DNA of 64,000 nt from Limnothrix sp. BL-A-16 (GCA_041937175.2 CP166615.1:256001-320000); one strand, 5' to 3'. Positions 11,048-21,883 are shown, counted from the stretch's first letter. The notes: generated by a model from the letters alone, not told the origin. Made by a program: numbers and translations.

Positions 11048-11312
11048 AGGGATTAAAGCAAGAGAATTGAAAGGGGGACTCGTTAATTAAAAAAATTGAA
11101 ATTGCTAGGGCTTGTCGTTGACCAGCGGCTGTATCAATAGCACTACATCAATAGCAAAGGGCGCGATCGCCCGCGCCCTCACTATCCAGAAGGATCGATG
11201 TTGCTATCACGCCTGAGCACCACTGGCCATCGCCATCATTTTGCTGAACGAAGTGCTGAATTAAGCTGCGCCCATCGGCTGGATTGATTCGCAAAATCAA
11301 GCGATCGCACCC

Positions 11313-11672
11313 TTAGCCCGCAGCTTTTGCCTTGGCGGCTTCGGCCACCTTGCCAAACACTTCAGGATCCAGAACGGCCAACTGGGCCAGCATTTTCCGG
11401 TTCAACAGAATATCAGCCTTCTTCAGGTTGCCCACCAATTGGCTGTAGCTCGTGCCATTGATCCGAGCAGCAGCGTTGATCCGTGCAATCCACAGGCGAC
11501 GGAAATCGCGCTTGCGGCGGCGGCGATCGCGATAGGCGCTCCGCAGAGCCTTCATCACCTGCTGGTTAGCGGTGCGGAACAGACGCGAGTGGGAACCACG
11601 GAAGCCCTTGGCGAGCTTCAGAATCTTTTTGCGGCGTTTGCGAGCAACATTGCCGCGCTTAACACGTGCCAT
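11313..11672 (-). CDS. rplT: 50S ribosomal protein L20
   Basis: [26 protein letters not shown]...[13 protein letters not shown]. Confidence 0.99.
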   Translation of the reverse strand: MARVKRGNVARKRRKKILKLAKGFRGSHSRLFRTANQQVMKALRSAYRDRRRRKRDFRRLWIARINAAARINGTSYSQLVGNLKKADILLNRKMLAQLAVLDPEVFGKVAEAAKAKAAG

Positions 11673-11798
11673 AGGGGTTAACTTTGCTTGAAACTAAAGC
11701 AATACAGAAAAACAAGGGAAAAGCGAGGAAACGCTAATCAAGATAGCGGCGACCAGCGGTGACATCCTCCCCAGGCGAGAGCTGCGGGGATGTTGTGC

Positions 11799-11996
11799 TT
11801 AGAGATAAGGCAACATGAGTTGCACGTTTTCTGCATCGCGCTCGTGCACCAGGGCTGCACCGGCCAAACGACGCTTACGAACAGCGCTCTTCTTTTCTAG
11901 AAGGTGGCTACGCAGGGCGCTCCGGCGGGCAAATTTACCGCTACCGGTCTTGCGAAAGCGCTTGGCGGCAGCTTTGCGAGTTTTGAGTTTAGGCAT
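11799..11996 (-). CDS. rpmI: 50S ribosomal protein L35
   Basis: [14 protein letters not shown]...HLLEKKS; upstream of rplT. Confidence 0.98.
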   Translation of the reverse strand: MPKLKTRKAAAKRFRKTGSGKFARRSALRSHLLEKKSAVRKRRLAGAALVHERDAENVQLMLPYL

Positions 11997-12153
11997 GGAC
12001 TTACCTCGGGGTTGGGCGCGTGGTTGGCGCGATTTCAAATCCTATCACTGCTAGCCCCATTGCGTAAATGATCAACCTATGCGGTCAAGGGGGCGCTGGG
12101 GGCGATGAAGCCTCCGAGGTCGATCGCGCTAATTGGTTGAAGGGTAACAGGGT

Positions 12154-12390
12154 CTAGGGTTCGTCGCTGGCCATGTCGTCGTCATCATCCAGCTCGTAGC
12201 CCGTTTCTTCGCCCACGAGCATATCGGCGATTTCTTCGTCGCGCTCGTTGTACTCAAAGTCCCGTTCATCGCGATCGCGCAGCCGACCTGATGATTCCAG
12301 CCAGTCCAAGATCGAAGCGTTGGTTTGGGCCGGGATCACGCCCGCACGAGCACGGCGCGGTTCTTCACGCAAAGCAGGAGTGTTCATCAA
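12154..12390 (-). CDS. small conserved cyanobacterial protein (DUF3134-like)
   Basis: PALREEPR...SILDWLESSGRL with acidic tail; family from recall. Confidence 0.75.
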   Translation of the reverse strand: MMNTPALREEPRRARAGVIPAQTNASILDWLESSGRLRDRDERDFEYNERDEEIADMLVGEETGYELDDDDDMASDEP

Positions 12391-12538
12391 TAGTTTAGGG
12401 ATAGGTTGCTAGCGATATGGTTGAGAGGGGATTGGACCGGTTGGGCTGGAAGCGGATCCTAGTGTTTCCACAAGAGGCCTCCCCTGTCAAGTGTGCCACG
12501 ATCGCTCCGCCGCGTCCTACTGGATTGTTGAATTCATC

Positions 12539-13126
12539 ATGCTGGGAAAATCAGATTTGCTTGCGGCCCTGGTGGGTCAAAACTTGGGCTTAAAGACCAC
12601 GACCTCCGACAAGGCGGCTATTTTGGCGCTGATCACGCGGCTGGAGGAACGCAACCCAACTCCATACCCGATCGAGCAGCCGGCTAAGCTCGCGGGCGAT
12701 TGGCAACTGCTTTACACCACCAGTCGAGAACTCTTGGGCATTGATCGCCCTCCGATCGCCAATTTGGGCGCGATTTATCAATGCATTCGCCCCGATCGGC
12801 AAACCATCTATAACTTGGCGGAACTCAACAACAACTTCCCTTGGCTGGAGGGCTATGTGGCGGTGGCGGCCCGGTTTGAGGCCCTGTCGGCGGTGCGGGT
12901 GGCGGTGCGGTTTCAGCGCATTGTGGTGGGTTCCCAGCGCCTAGCGAACTATCGCCAAATTACCGATTGGGTCGATCGGGCTGAACAGGGCGATCAGTTT
13001 CGATCTCTGAATTTCACCCTCAACCCTGTCCAGCAACAGGGTTGGTTAGATGTGACCTATCTGGATGATGATTTGCGAATTGGTCGGGGCAATGAAGGAA
13101 GCGTGTTTGTGCTGCGGCGAGTCTAG
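12539..13126 (+). CDS. PAP/fibrillin family protein
   Basis: LEERNPTP, LAGDWQLLYTTS, GWLDVTYLDDDLRIGRGNEGSVFVL. Confidence 0.92.
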   Translation: MLGKSDLLAALVGQNLGLKTTTSDKAAILALITRLEERNPTPYPIEQPAKLAGDWQLLYTTSRELLGIDRPPIANLGAIYQCIRPDRQTIYNLAELNNNFPWLEGYVAVAARFEALSAVRVAVRFQRIVVGSQRLANYRQITDWVDRAEQGDQFRSLNFTLNPVQQQGWLDVTYLDDDLRIGRGNEGSVFVLRRV

Positions 13127-13154
13127 GTTTTTTGCCCCAAGGGTTAAGCAACAG

Positions 13155-14240
13155 CTATTCACTCAAGCGGCTCGATCGCTCCGTGCTGCGCGGATCCAAT
13201 GCATCCCGTAGTCCGTCACCCAACAGGTTAAAGGACAACACCGTCAGCACCACCGCGATCGCCGGGGGCCAAACCAACCAAGGCTGCAAGGTCAAAATCG
13301 AAGCATTGGTTCCCAACGACAGCAGATTGCCCCAGGAAGGATCCGGCTGCTGAATCCCCAGGCCCACCAAGCTCAACACCGATTCCGCCACAATAAAACT
13401 CGGCACGGCTAAGGTCGCGGAAATAATCGTGTAGGTGGCCGTTTGGGGCAACACATGCAACACCACAATGCGTAGGGTTCCTGCTCCCATGGCTCGGGCC
13501 GCCTGCACGAAGGGCCGCTCCTTGATAGACAACACCTGACCGCGAATTACCCGTGCCAGCCCCGACCAACTGATGAATGAGGTGATCGCCACAATCAGGA
13601 AGAACCGCTGGGCACTGCTGAGACCGGGGGGCAAGACGGCGGCCAAAGCCACCAGCAGGTAAATGCCCGGAATGGTCATCAGCACTTCCGTGAGCCGCAT
13701 GATTGTGCTGTCAATCCAGCCGCCAAAGTAGCCGGAAATGCCGCCAACCAACAGCCCGATCGGGAAGGAAATCGCAATTCCCACCAGCCCAATGCTGAGG
13801 CTGATGCGGCTGCCATAGACCAAGCGACTGAACTGATCGCGCCCTTGCTCATCGGTTCCCAACAAATTCCAGCGCCCGGGCCCATCGGTGCCAAATAGAT
13901 GCCGTCGAGCGGGAATCAATCCCCAAAGGTGGTATTCAGGGCCCGTCGTCAACAGGCGCAATCGGGAAGGCTGCGATCGATCCACCCGCAAGGGGCGATC
14001 GCCCGTCTGCAAATCCGTCGCCCCCAACGTTGTGGGATAAACATGGGGCCCCAAAAACTGCCCAGCTTGATCCTGCCAATGAATCACCGTGGGTGGCAGC
14101 AGGGCCCCCTGCGCTTGGACGCTGTAGGGGTCATAGGGAGCCACAAACTCCGCAAACAGGGCAACGGTGTAAAGCAATCCGAGCACGATCGCGCCCCAGC
14201 GTGCCAGCGGACTTCCCTTCAGCTTTTGCCACCATTTCAT
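13155..14240 (-). CDS. peptide/nickel ABC transporter permease (OppC/DppC type)
   Basis: LGTDEQGRDQFSRLVYGSRISL, EAA-like loop FVQAARAMGA, FNLLGDGLRDALDP. Confidence 0.93.
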   Translation of the reverse strand: MKWWQKLKGSPLARWGAIVLGLLYTVALFAEFVAPYDPYSVQAQGALLPPTVIHWQDQAGQFLGPHVYPTTLGATDLQTGDRPLRVDRSQPSRLRLLTTGPEYHLWGLIPARRHLFGTDGPGRWNLLGTDEQGRDQFSRLVYGSRISLSIGLVGIAISFPIGLLVGGISGYFGGWIDSTIMRLTEVLMTIPGIYLLVALAAVLPPGLSSAQRFFLIVAITSFISWSGLARVIRGQVLSIKERPFVQAARAMGAGTLRIVVLHVLPQTATYTIISATLAVPSFIVAESVLSLVGLGIQQPDPSWGNLLSLGTNASILTLQPWLVWPPAIAVVLTVLSFNLLGDGLRDALDPRSTERSSRLSE

Positions 14241-14376
14241 CGTTACGGAGGCCCCTTAGAATGTTAAGAAATGAATCTGTGCTGACCAATTTTAACTGAC
14301 CAGCCCCAGCGGGTTTTCCCGGCCGTCCGGCGCTGCCCAGCCTCACCGCCTTGATCGCCCCATTTTTCCTTCCCCT

Positions 14377-15165
14377 ATGACCGCTTCCTCTGACCTCGAC
14401 CAGCCCCACATCACCCCGCCGGCCATGCCGTTGCCCGAGCCGATCGACCCCAATGATGAGCTGCCCGATGAAGTGGAAATGTCCCTTTTTGAGCACCTAG
14501 AGGAGTTGCGATCGCGCCTCTTTGCGGCCTTGGGGGTGGTGGCGTTGGCGATGGGCGTTTGCTTCGTCTTTGTTCGGCCGATCGTGCGGCTGTTGGAAGC
14601 GCCGGCCAATGGGGTGAAGTTCCTGCAACTGACACCCGGTGAATTTTTCTTTGTTTCGATCGAGGTCACTGGCTACTCGGGCTTGCTGCTGGCAACCCCC
14701 TATATCCTTTACCAGATCATTCAGTTCGTTCTGCCCGGCCTCACCCGGCGCGAGCGACGGTTGGTGCTGCCCGCCGTTGTTGGCTCCAGCGTCCTGTTCA
14801 TCATGGGGCTAGTGTTTGGCTACCAAGCCCTTGTGCCAGCGGCCCTCAACTTCTTCGTGAGCTATGGCGGCGATGTGGTCGAACAGGCCTGGTCGATCGA
14901 GAAATACTTTAAATTTGTGCTGCTTTTGCTCTTCAGCACGGCCCTCACCTTCCAAATACCCGTTTTGCAAGTGATGCTGGGTTTATTGGGCGTGGTTTCC
15001 TCCGGGCAAATGCTGGCGGGGTGGCGCTACGTGTTGTTGGGCGCGGTGATCCTGGGCGCGGTGCTGACTCCCTCCACCGATCCCCTGACCCAGGGACTCT
15101 TGAGTGGTGCAGTCCTTGGCTTGTACTTCAGTGGTGTTGGGGTGTTGCGCTTGCTGGGTCGTTAA
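14377..15165 (+). CDS. tatC: twin-arginine translocase subunit TatC
   Basis: EMSLFEHLEELRSRL, PGLTRRERR, TPSTDPLTQ. Confidence 0.96.
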   Translation: MTASSDLDQPHITPPAMPLPEPIDPNDELPDEVEMSLFEHLEELRSRLFAALGVVALAMGVCFVFVRPIVRLLEAPANGVKFLQLTPGEFFFVSIEVTGYSGLLLATPYILYQIIQFVLPGLTRRERRLVLPAVVGSSVLFIMGLVFGYQALVPAALNFFVSYGGDVVEQAWSIEKYFKFVLLLLFSTALTFQIPVLQVMLGLLGVVSSGQMLAGWRYVLLGAVILGAVLTPSTDPLTQGLLSGAVLGLYFSGVGVLRLLGR

Positions 15166-15261
15166 TTGGGTCGTGAATTGGGGTCTTGATTCTGTCGGGG
15201 TATTTCCCCTGCGCTCCACGTTGAGGGCCGCCCATTTTGCGAGGAGCCTAAAAAAAGCGAC

Positions 15262-15801
15262 CTAAAAAAGCTGATTTACCAGACTTTCCAAGTTCACGTA
15301 GGGTTGACCGCCCGATTCCTGTACCGGGTTGCCGCTGCTGAGAACGCGCGTGTTGAATAGTCGCTCCAACACTTCACGGGGATCGTTCGATCGGCGGTTG
15401 GTTTGGCTGAGGGTAAAAAGCACGTTGTTGCGATTGCAGCCCGATCGCATGTTGCCCACACTACAAACCACCGTGTGACTATTCACCCGGCCCACGGTTA
15501 AGTAGATATTACTGAGGCGATTACCGTTCTCTCGCAGCACACCGTTTAACCGGCTGGTGACTTCGCCGCAACGGCGCTGGGGGGTGTAGCCCGCATCGCT
15601 AAATTCTTCACTGGTCCAGGCAATGACCGGAGCTGTGCGCCCGTTGCGCTGAACGGCCACGGTGGCGTAATAGCCATTGACCTGTTGGCATTGGAAGGAG
15701 GCTAAGGATTTAATTGCACCGGCTCTGGCGGTTTCGGCGGTCATCCAAGGCAGGTTGAGGGCCACTAAACCAGCGATCGCCCATTTCATAGCTGACTTCA
15801 T
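15262..15801 (-). CDS. COP23 domain-containing exported protein
   Basis: Signal peptide; F...GYTPQRRCGEVTSRL, GRVNSHTVVC, VLFTL motifs; GGAG RBS upstream. Confidence 0.8.
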   Translation of the reverse strand: MKSAMKWAIAGLVALNLPWMTAETARAGAIKSLASFQCQQVNGYYATVAVQRNGRTAPVIAWTSEEFSDAGYTPQRRCGEVTSRLNGVLRENGNRLSNIYLTVGRVNSHTVVCSVGNMRSGCNRNNVLFTLSQTNRRSNDPREVLERLFNTRVLSSGNPVQESGGQPYVNLESLVNQLF

Positions 15802-15811
15802 CGAAAACTCC

Positions 15812-15899
15812 TGGGTCTAAAACCCCGTACTGTGAGGATGACTTGGCGTTAAGTTTGACTGTATACCGAGGAATATTCGGGCATTCAAGTCTGTGGAGC
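15812..15899 (+). mobile_element. decayed IS200/IS605-type remnant (left end plus start of tnpB-tail-like sequence)
   Basis: TGGGTCTAAAACCCCG (16 nt) and AGTCTGTGGAGC (12 nt) both match the element at 31527-31721 in the same order; no right end found. Confidence 0.55.
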
Positions 15900-16136
15900 G
15901 AACAGCAAACCGTAGCTCTTTGGGATCAGGTCAGAACATTGGATGGCTTACGAAGCGCCATGACTGAGGGGTATTGGCTGAGAGCAGCGGGGTTCGGCAC
16001 TGCATGAGCAGCACCGCATGAACGGCATGTCGTTGATAGTTCTTCCGACGTGCTAAAACCCCAAAAAGCTCCCAGGGATCTTAAAACTGGGGCCTCAAAA
16101 TCCAAAGGACAGCGGCTTATGGTCACAGATCCCTAA

Positions 16137-16267
16137 GAGGATGTCTGAAAAGCCAAAATTGCTACTCTGTCCGCTCCAGTGCTCGACTTAGACAAGGGGC
16201 TTGAGCATCTTGCCCCCACAACTATGGGTGTTTGGCACAGGCCAAAAGATACTTTTCAAACATCCTC
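16137..16267. mobile_element. MITE family B (131 bp), IS5-family-like ends
   Basis: 16-bp TIRs GAGGATGTCTGAAAAG / CTTTTCAAACATCCTC (1 mismatch), TAA direct repeat at 16134-16136 and 16268-16270; internal palindrome variant at 16193-16212. Confidence 0.85.
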
Positions 16268-16374
16268 TAACGCGATCGACTCTTGAGTAAAGCGAGGAAG
16301 CAACTTAATCAAAAGAATCGGCAAAACACCACAGGGGCGCAATGCCGATCCGAGGGCTGTTCAGTTGGGGCCGC

Positions 16375-17022
16375 CTATTCGATGATCAGAGCGCGATCGA
16401 CCACCGATCGCGGTGTTTGACCGGGGGGCGAAGCGGCCGGTTCCGTGGGGGCCAGCGTTGGTGATTGGCTAGACAAGGCCAGGGACTGCTCAGGAGTCGA
16501 TCGATAGCTCGCCATTTGCCAGCTCGGTTCCTGCCATCCCGTGCTGATGGAAGCCAAGGCCGCCGTCACCACCGCCGCAATTGCGGAGCCACCAACCCAT
16601 TGCAGGCGCTGTTTCCGGCGATCGAGCTTGGCCAACACGCCTTGCACCGTTTGCTCGATCGGGGCCGCAGCGGGCACTGGGATCTGAGTGATCGATCGAC
16701 TCAAACCACCCATCGTCCTAAAAACCTGTTGCACCGCTGAATCCTTGGCCAACCAGGCTTCAACCCGTTGCCGCTCTTCAGAGGTGACTTCATCATCCAG
16801 ATAAGCACTGAGCAGCTCAAACTGCTCAAGACTGATTTGAGAACCCGAACCCCAAGATTCCGTAATCGCAGGATCGGAGTCTTGGTCGAGGTAATCCCGT
16901 TCTAGGCGATCGCCGTCTAGGTCTTGGTTGAGGCTGCGATCAGAATCCGATGCCGCAACCCGAGACCAGAACGCTTCGGACCAATCAGGGTCTTGTCCAT
17001 GGGGACGCATTTCAGAAGTCAT
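16375..17022 (-). CDS. anti-sigma factor for SigG
   Basis: FELLSAYLDDEVTSEERQRVEAWL, one TM helix; downstream of the ECF sigma. Confidence 0.85.
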   Translation of the reverse strand: MTSEMRPHGQDPDWSEAFWSRVAASDSDRSLNQDLDGDRLERDYLDQDSDPAITESWGSGSQISLEQFELLSAYLDDEVTSEERQRVEAWLAKDSAVQQVFRTMGGLSRSITQIPVPAAAPIEQTVQGVLAKLDRRKQRLQWVGGSAIAAVVTAALASISTGWQEPSWQMASYRSTPEQSLALSSQSPTLAPTEPAASPPGQTPRSVVDRALIIE

Positions 17023-17393
17023 AGCAGCACCACAGCCCTTAACAAACCAATCACAACAGCACTCGCGACACACCGTTCAATCACACACGACCCGGGAACC
17101 TGCTAATTGGTTCCAGCTTTAGTCTAAATCTTTAGGAACCGAGATTTCTACCCTGAAACTCTTTCAATGATCAGCATTTGATCGCTGATTTCCTGATGAC
17201 TTCGCTTGGTTTTTTCTTGGGTGCTTGGCAAGTTCTGATTGGAACATCCAAGTAACCGGAAATCTACCGACTTAAACCGACTCCTGGGTATACGGAGTAG
17301 CGAATATAACCTCAAGCTTTTCCGCAATTCAGACCCCAATTCAAGCCCCAATTCAAACCACTGACTTAATCCATTGGGATCAGTGACTCAGCG

Positions 17394-18050
17394 CTAGTGA
17401 CTGAGGTAATTTTGCAGTTGCGTTTGCAAGCGGGCCCGGGCCCGGGCAATGCGCGATTTCACAGTGCCCAATGAAACCCCGGTCATTTCTGCAATTTGCT
17501 CGTAAGGCAAATCTTCAATTTCCCGCAGAATGATCGTGGTGCGGAAGGCTTCAGGCAAATCGGCGATCGCCTCTCGCAGCTTTTCATAGAACTCTTGCGA
17601 AGAAAGGTTTTCCTCGGGGCTGGGGTCGGGGGAGGCAATTTCCCAATCCAGTTCGCCATCGTCCAGTTGCCGCGTGGCATCTAAGGAGACGGGGGCCCGA
17701 TCGCGCTTCCGTTTGCGCAATTCGTCATAGAACAAATTGGTGGCAATACGGCTCAACCAGCCCCGGAACTTTTCTGGCTCCTTGAGGCGGTGGAGGTGGC
17801 GATAGACCCGTAACCAAACCTCCTGCGCAAGGTCTGCCCGATCGGACCAGTCCGGCGCAAGGTGATACAGCACGCGATCCACATGGGGCTGGTAGCGCCG
17901 CAGCAGTTCTGAAAAAGCAGCGCGATCGGGCTGCAAGCCTGCTTGGCAACGCAGCACCAAATCAGCGCTTGATAACTTCTGAGGCGGCACAGGCGTTTGG
18001 GGCAAGGCGGCCTCGATCTTGGACCAGGGCACGGGCGGGGAGTAGCTCAT
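17394..18050 (-). CDS. sigG: ECF sigma factor, SigG/RpoE type
   Basis: DLAQEVWLRVY, WLSRIATNLFYDELRKR, YEQIAEMTGVSLGTVKSRIARAR. Confidence 0.9.
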   Translation of the reverse strand: MSYSPPVPWSKIEAALPQTPVPPQKLSSADLVLRCQAGLQPDRAAFSELLRRYQPHVDRVLYHLAPDWSDRADLAQEVWLRVYRHLHRLKEPEKFRGWLSRIATNLFYDELRKRKRDRAPVSLDATRQLDDGELDWEIASPDPSPEENLSSQEFYEKLREAIADLPEAFRTTIILREIEDLPYEQIAEMTGVSLGTVKSRIARARARLQTQLQNYLSH

Positions 18051-18243
18051 ACGCGCATCTGGGTTGATGGATATCCCATGCTTTCCAGACGCAGGGGTGG
18101 TCTTCAGAGTTCCTGGCTTAAGGATTTTGCGATCGCTCGGGTCTAAAATCACCCGTTCTGGCGCAAGCTTTGGCGGCTAGCGGCAACCCGTCGCTGGGCT
18201 GGGAACCGGCAGCGACGGGCAAAACGAATTGAATAACCGGGGT

Positions 18244-18798
18244 CTAGCGTTTGGTACTACCGGGCACATCGGCCTCGAAGGCCGGGGCCGAAGATTGCAA
18301 CAGGGCGCTAACTTGCGAGAGCACATCGCCGCTGGGCTTGCCAAGGGGTTGCCGCTCCGGGAAGAATTCCGGCTTGGACTGGCTGTGAACAATCGCTTCG
18401 TTGACTTGGCTGGCAATCAGGTCTTGGAGCTGTTCCTTGGCCCGTTGGCGTTGGTAGTTGGCTCCCTCCTCGGTGGTGGCATAGAGGGGCGGCAAGCGGT
18501 TGAGGGCATAGGCAGCAATATCGCCCACATCCAAAGCCCGATCGCTGGTGGTTTCAATTTCCGCGACTCGGGTAATGGCCTCCGTGAGCACCAACTCTTC
18601 CATGACGTTGATAAATTGCTTGCGCGGCAGCACAACCACTTCACCAGTCAGCAATGCACCCATCAATCGATCGAGAGCCATATACTCCTCGATCGATAAC
18701 TCGGAAGCTGTATCGCAAATCCGCCCCACTTCCGCTTCCATGGCCGGAGTCAAATAGCCATCGCGTAACGCTTGTTCAACAATTTTTTCGATGCTCAT
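18244..18798 (-). CDS. late competence development ComFB family protein
   Basis: FINVMEELV, DIAAYALNRLPPLYAT. Confidence 0.88.
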   Translation of the reverse strand: MSIEKIVEQALRDGYLTPAMEAEVGRICDTASELSIEEYMALDRLMGALLTGEVVVLPRKQFINVMEELVLTEAITRVAEIETTSDRALDVGDIAAYALNRLPPLYATTEEGANYQRQRAKEQLQDLIASQVNEAIVHSQSKPEFFPERQPLGKPSGDVLSQVSALLQSSAPAFEADVPGSTKR

Positions 18799-19315
18799 AA
18801 CTCTGCGTGATACCAGGATTCGAGGTCAGTCGGGGTCAGATTGACGGGACTTATAAACAGGGTAAAGTATGCGCGGAAAGCCAGCGGCCTAATCCCTCCC
18901 TCAAGACGTAATGATGATTTGGAGGTGCGGTGTGATGTTTTGCCGTAGCCACTCACGCCGGTCTAGAAACGATTTGATCTAGAAATCTAATCTAGAGGCA
19001 AATGTTGTCCGTCACCATTTTTTTAATCACCTTTTTTAATCACCATTTTGGGGTGGCCATTCTTTCACAATTTTCCGCTGCTCATTTGACGTTTGCCAAC
19101 TTAACCCTACGGCCGATGGCTACCTCGCTCCCATTTAACCTTGCTGGTTTCCCCCTCAATCTCAGGGAACGGCAGGACGGCGATCGCCCGCTAAGTAATT
19201 GTCACTCGCTCCTCAAGGCATCAAACCCAGTCATGGCAGTGGTTTTGGAGCAAGTTCCCCGATCGCCACGGGCCACCACCGGAACCGAACCAAACTGAGT
19301 TCGGTTGCTGGCTGC

Positions 19316-19333
19316 TTAACAGTAAGTTACATT
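19316..19333 (+). promoter_or_regulatory. putative HLR1 (RpaB-binding) site upstream of ftsH2
   Basis: TTAACAGT-AA-GTTACATT; second half matches (G/T)TTACA(T/A)(T/A), first half imperfect, 2-nt spacer. Confidence 0.45.
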
Positions 19334-19406
19334 TGGTTAAGACTCGGGATCGCCCGAGCCGCATAACAGGCACATAACAGGCATTGATTGAGGGGCAACT
19401 CATCAG

Positions 19407-21299
19407 ATGAAGTTCTCTTGGAGAGTCGCGCTGCTGTGGACGTTGCCCGTCCTGATCGTAGGGTTTTTCCTATGGCAGGGCGCAGTTTCGGGCCCCACAG
19501 CAGACATGGGTAAAAACGCGGCGAATACCCGGATGACCTACGGCCGCTTTTTAGAATATTTGGACGCGGGCCGGATTGTTGAAGTTGACCTGTATGAGGG
19601 CGGCCGCACGGCGATTGTCGAGGCTGTCGATCCTGAGCTGGATGGTCGTCTTCAGCGTTTGCGGGTTGACTTGCCCGTGGCCGCGCCAGACTTGATTGCC
19701 AAGCTGCGCGAAGCCGGGGTGAACCTGGATTCGCACCCGATGCGCAACGATGGGGCCCTGTGGGGTCTCTTAGGGAATTTGGTGTTCCCGATTTTGTTGC
19801 TGTCGGGGTTGTTTTTCCTGTTCCGGCGATCGAACAACGTTCCCGGTGGCCCTGGCCAAGCCATGCAATTTGGCAAGTCGCGGGCCCGGTTCCAGATGGA
19901 AGCCAAAACCGGCGTGATGTTTGATGACGTGGCCGGCGTGGACGAGGCCAAGGAAGAACTGCAAGAGGTTGTGACCTTCCTGAAGAAACCGGAACGCTTT
20001 ACGGCGGTGGGCGCACGAATTCCGAAAGGCGTGCTGTTGGTGGGCCCTCCGGGAACCGGTAAAACCCTGCTGGCCAAGGCGATCGCTGGAGAAGCTGGTG
20101 TGCCGTTCTTCAGCATCTCCGGTTCGGAATTTGTGGAAATGTTCGTTGGTGTGGGTGCTTCCCGCGTGCGCGACCTGTTCAAAAAAGCCAAGGAAAACGC
20201 TCCCTGCATCATTTTCATTGATGAAATTGATGCGGTGGGTCGCCAACGGGGCGCAGGCATCGGCGGCGGTAACGATGAGCGTGAACAAACCCTGAACCAA
20301 ATGCTGACCGAAATGGACGGCTTTGAGGGCAACACGGGGATCATCGTGATCGCAGCGACCAACCGCCCGGATGTGTTGGATTCGGCCCTGCTGCGACCGG
20401 GCCGGTTCGATCGCCAGGTGACGGTGGATGCGCCGGATGTGAAGGGCCGGGTGGAAATCCTGAACGTTCATGCCCGCAACAAAAAGCTGGCGGATGAAAT
20501 TTCCCTGGAAGTGATCGCCCGTCGGACTCCTGGCTTTACGGGGGCTGACCTGTCAAACCTGCTGAACGAAGCAGCGATCTTGACGGCGCGTCGCCGCAAG
20601 GACGCAATCACGATGCAGGAAATCGATGATGCGGTCGATCGGGTGATTGCTGGGATGGAAGGCACGCCCCTGGTGGATAGTAAGAGCAAGCGCCTGATCG
20701 CTTACCACGAAATTGGCCATGCGATCGTCGGGACTCTGCTCAAGAACCATGACCCTGTTCAGAAGGTGACCTTGATCCCCCGTGGTCAAGCGCGCGGTCT
20801 GACCTGGTTCACCCCCAGCGAAGATCAGATGCTGATTTCGCGATCGCAAATCATGGCTCGGATCTCCGGTGCTTTGGGCGGTCGTGCGGCGGAAGACGTG
20901 ATCTTCGGTGACGCGGAAGTGACGACCGGGGCCGGCGGCGACCTGCAACAGGTGGCCAACATGGCTCGCCAAATGGTGACGCGCTTTGGGATGTCGGACA
21001 TTGGCCCGATTTCCCTGGAGACCCAATCGTCTGAGGTGTTCTTGGGGCGTGATTGGCTGACCCGATCGGACTATTCCGAAGAGATCGCAGCCCGGGTGGA
21101 TGCCCAAGTGCGTTCCATCGTGGATCACTGTTATCTGGAAGCCAAGCGGATTGTGCGCGAAAACCGGACGGCGATCGATCGCCTGGTGGATCTGCTGGTG
21201 GAAAAGGAAACGATCGATGGTGATGAGTTCCGCCAAATTCTGGCTGAATACACCACGATTCCGGACAAGGAACAGGCCTCAACCCAGTTGGTGTTTTAG
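19407..21299 (+). CDS. ftsH2: ATP-dependent zinc metalloprotease FtsH (FtsH2 type)
   Basis: [36 protein letters not shown] lumenal segment typical of FtsH2. Confidence 0.93.
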   Translation: MKFSWRVALLWTLPVLIVGFFLWQGAVSGPTADMGKNAANTRMTYGRFLEYLDAGRIVEVDLYEGGRTAIVEAVDPELDGRLQRLRVDLPVAAPDLIAKLREAGVNLDSHPMRNDGALWGLLGNLVFPILLLSGLFFLFRRSNNVPGGPGQAMQFGKSRARFQMEAKTGVMFDDVAGVDEAKEELQEVVTFLKKPERFTAVGARIPKGVLLVGPPGTGKTLLAKAIAGEAGVPFFSISGSEFVEMFVGVGASRVRDLFKKAKENAPCIIFIDEIDAVGRQRGAGIGGGNDEREQTLNQMLTEMDGFEGNTGIIVIAATNRPDVLDSALLRPGRFDRQVTVDAPDVKGRVEILNVHARNKKLADEISLEVIARRTPGFTGADLSNLLNEAAILTARRRKDAITMQEIDDAVDRVIAGMEGTPLVDSKSKRLIAYHEIGHAIVGTLLKNHDPVQKVTLIPRGQARGLTWFTPSEDQMLISRSQIMARISGALGGRAAEDVIFGDAEVTTGAGGDLQQVANMARQMVTRFGMSDIGPISLETQSSEVFLGRDWLTRSDYSEEIAARVDAQVRSIVDHCYLEAKRIVRENRTAIDRLVDLLVEKETIDGDEFRQILAEYTTIPDKEQASTQLVF

Positions 21300-21343
21300 G
21301 CTGAGCCAACCTTGAGGACGTAAGCCACAATCTCAATGAAATG

Positions 21344-21387
21344 ACCGGGAGCGATTGACCTATGGGGCGATCGCTCTCGGTTTTTTT
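21344..21387 (+). terminator. intrinsic terminator of ftsH
   Basis: CCGGGAGCGATTG / CGATCGCTCTCGG stem followed by T7. Confidence 0.75.
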
Positions 21388-21883
21388 GCAGGATCACCTG
21401 CCCGATCGCCCCGAGCAACACCTTGGCGTGATTGGCCAACAGGAGTGATCGACTGGGTTTTTCGAGCAGTCGGGATCAGCCGTTCAGGATCCAAATCCAG
21501 CATTGGCAATTGGTCGATCCTGTGCCACAACAATTCTTAATGGATTTTTGATGAGGATTTTGCCAGTCGATCCGGGTTCGGAATTCCAAGGAGCGGATCG
21601 CCGATCATCAGGATTCGTGCTTTAATGAGCGCCTAAGGTTGCCCATCCCGTATCTAATCAAACGGGTCATGGTTTTAGCCCCTCAGCGCGGTTTCCTAAC
21701 ATCGTTATCGCCCCTGCTGCAACACCGTTAACACCCATCCATTCACGCGATACCCAGGGTCTACCTCCGGGGAGTCAGGGAATGATGGAAAAAGTTAAAT
21801 CAGGAATGCGGCACAGACAGATAGAAGCGATGCTTGGACAGATGGTGTGTGTGTGGTGTGACGAGTGAGTTACTGGTTTTGTC

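Noticed and set aside
11105..11120. CTAGGGCTTGTCGTTG resembles a MITE A end
   Set aside because: Only a short single end, with no partner TIR or internal homology.
18139..18149. GGGTCTAAAA resembles the IS605-type left end
   Set aside because: 10-nt match only, with no hairpin after it; likely chance.
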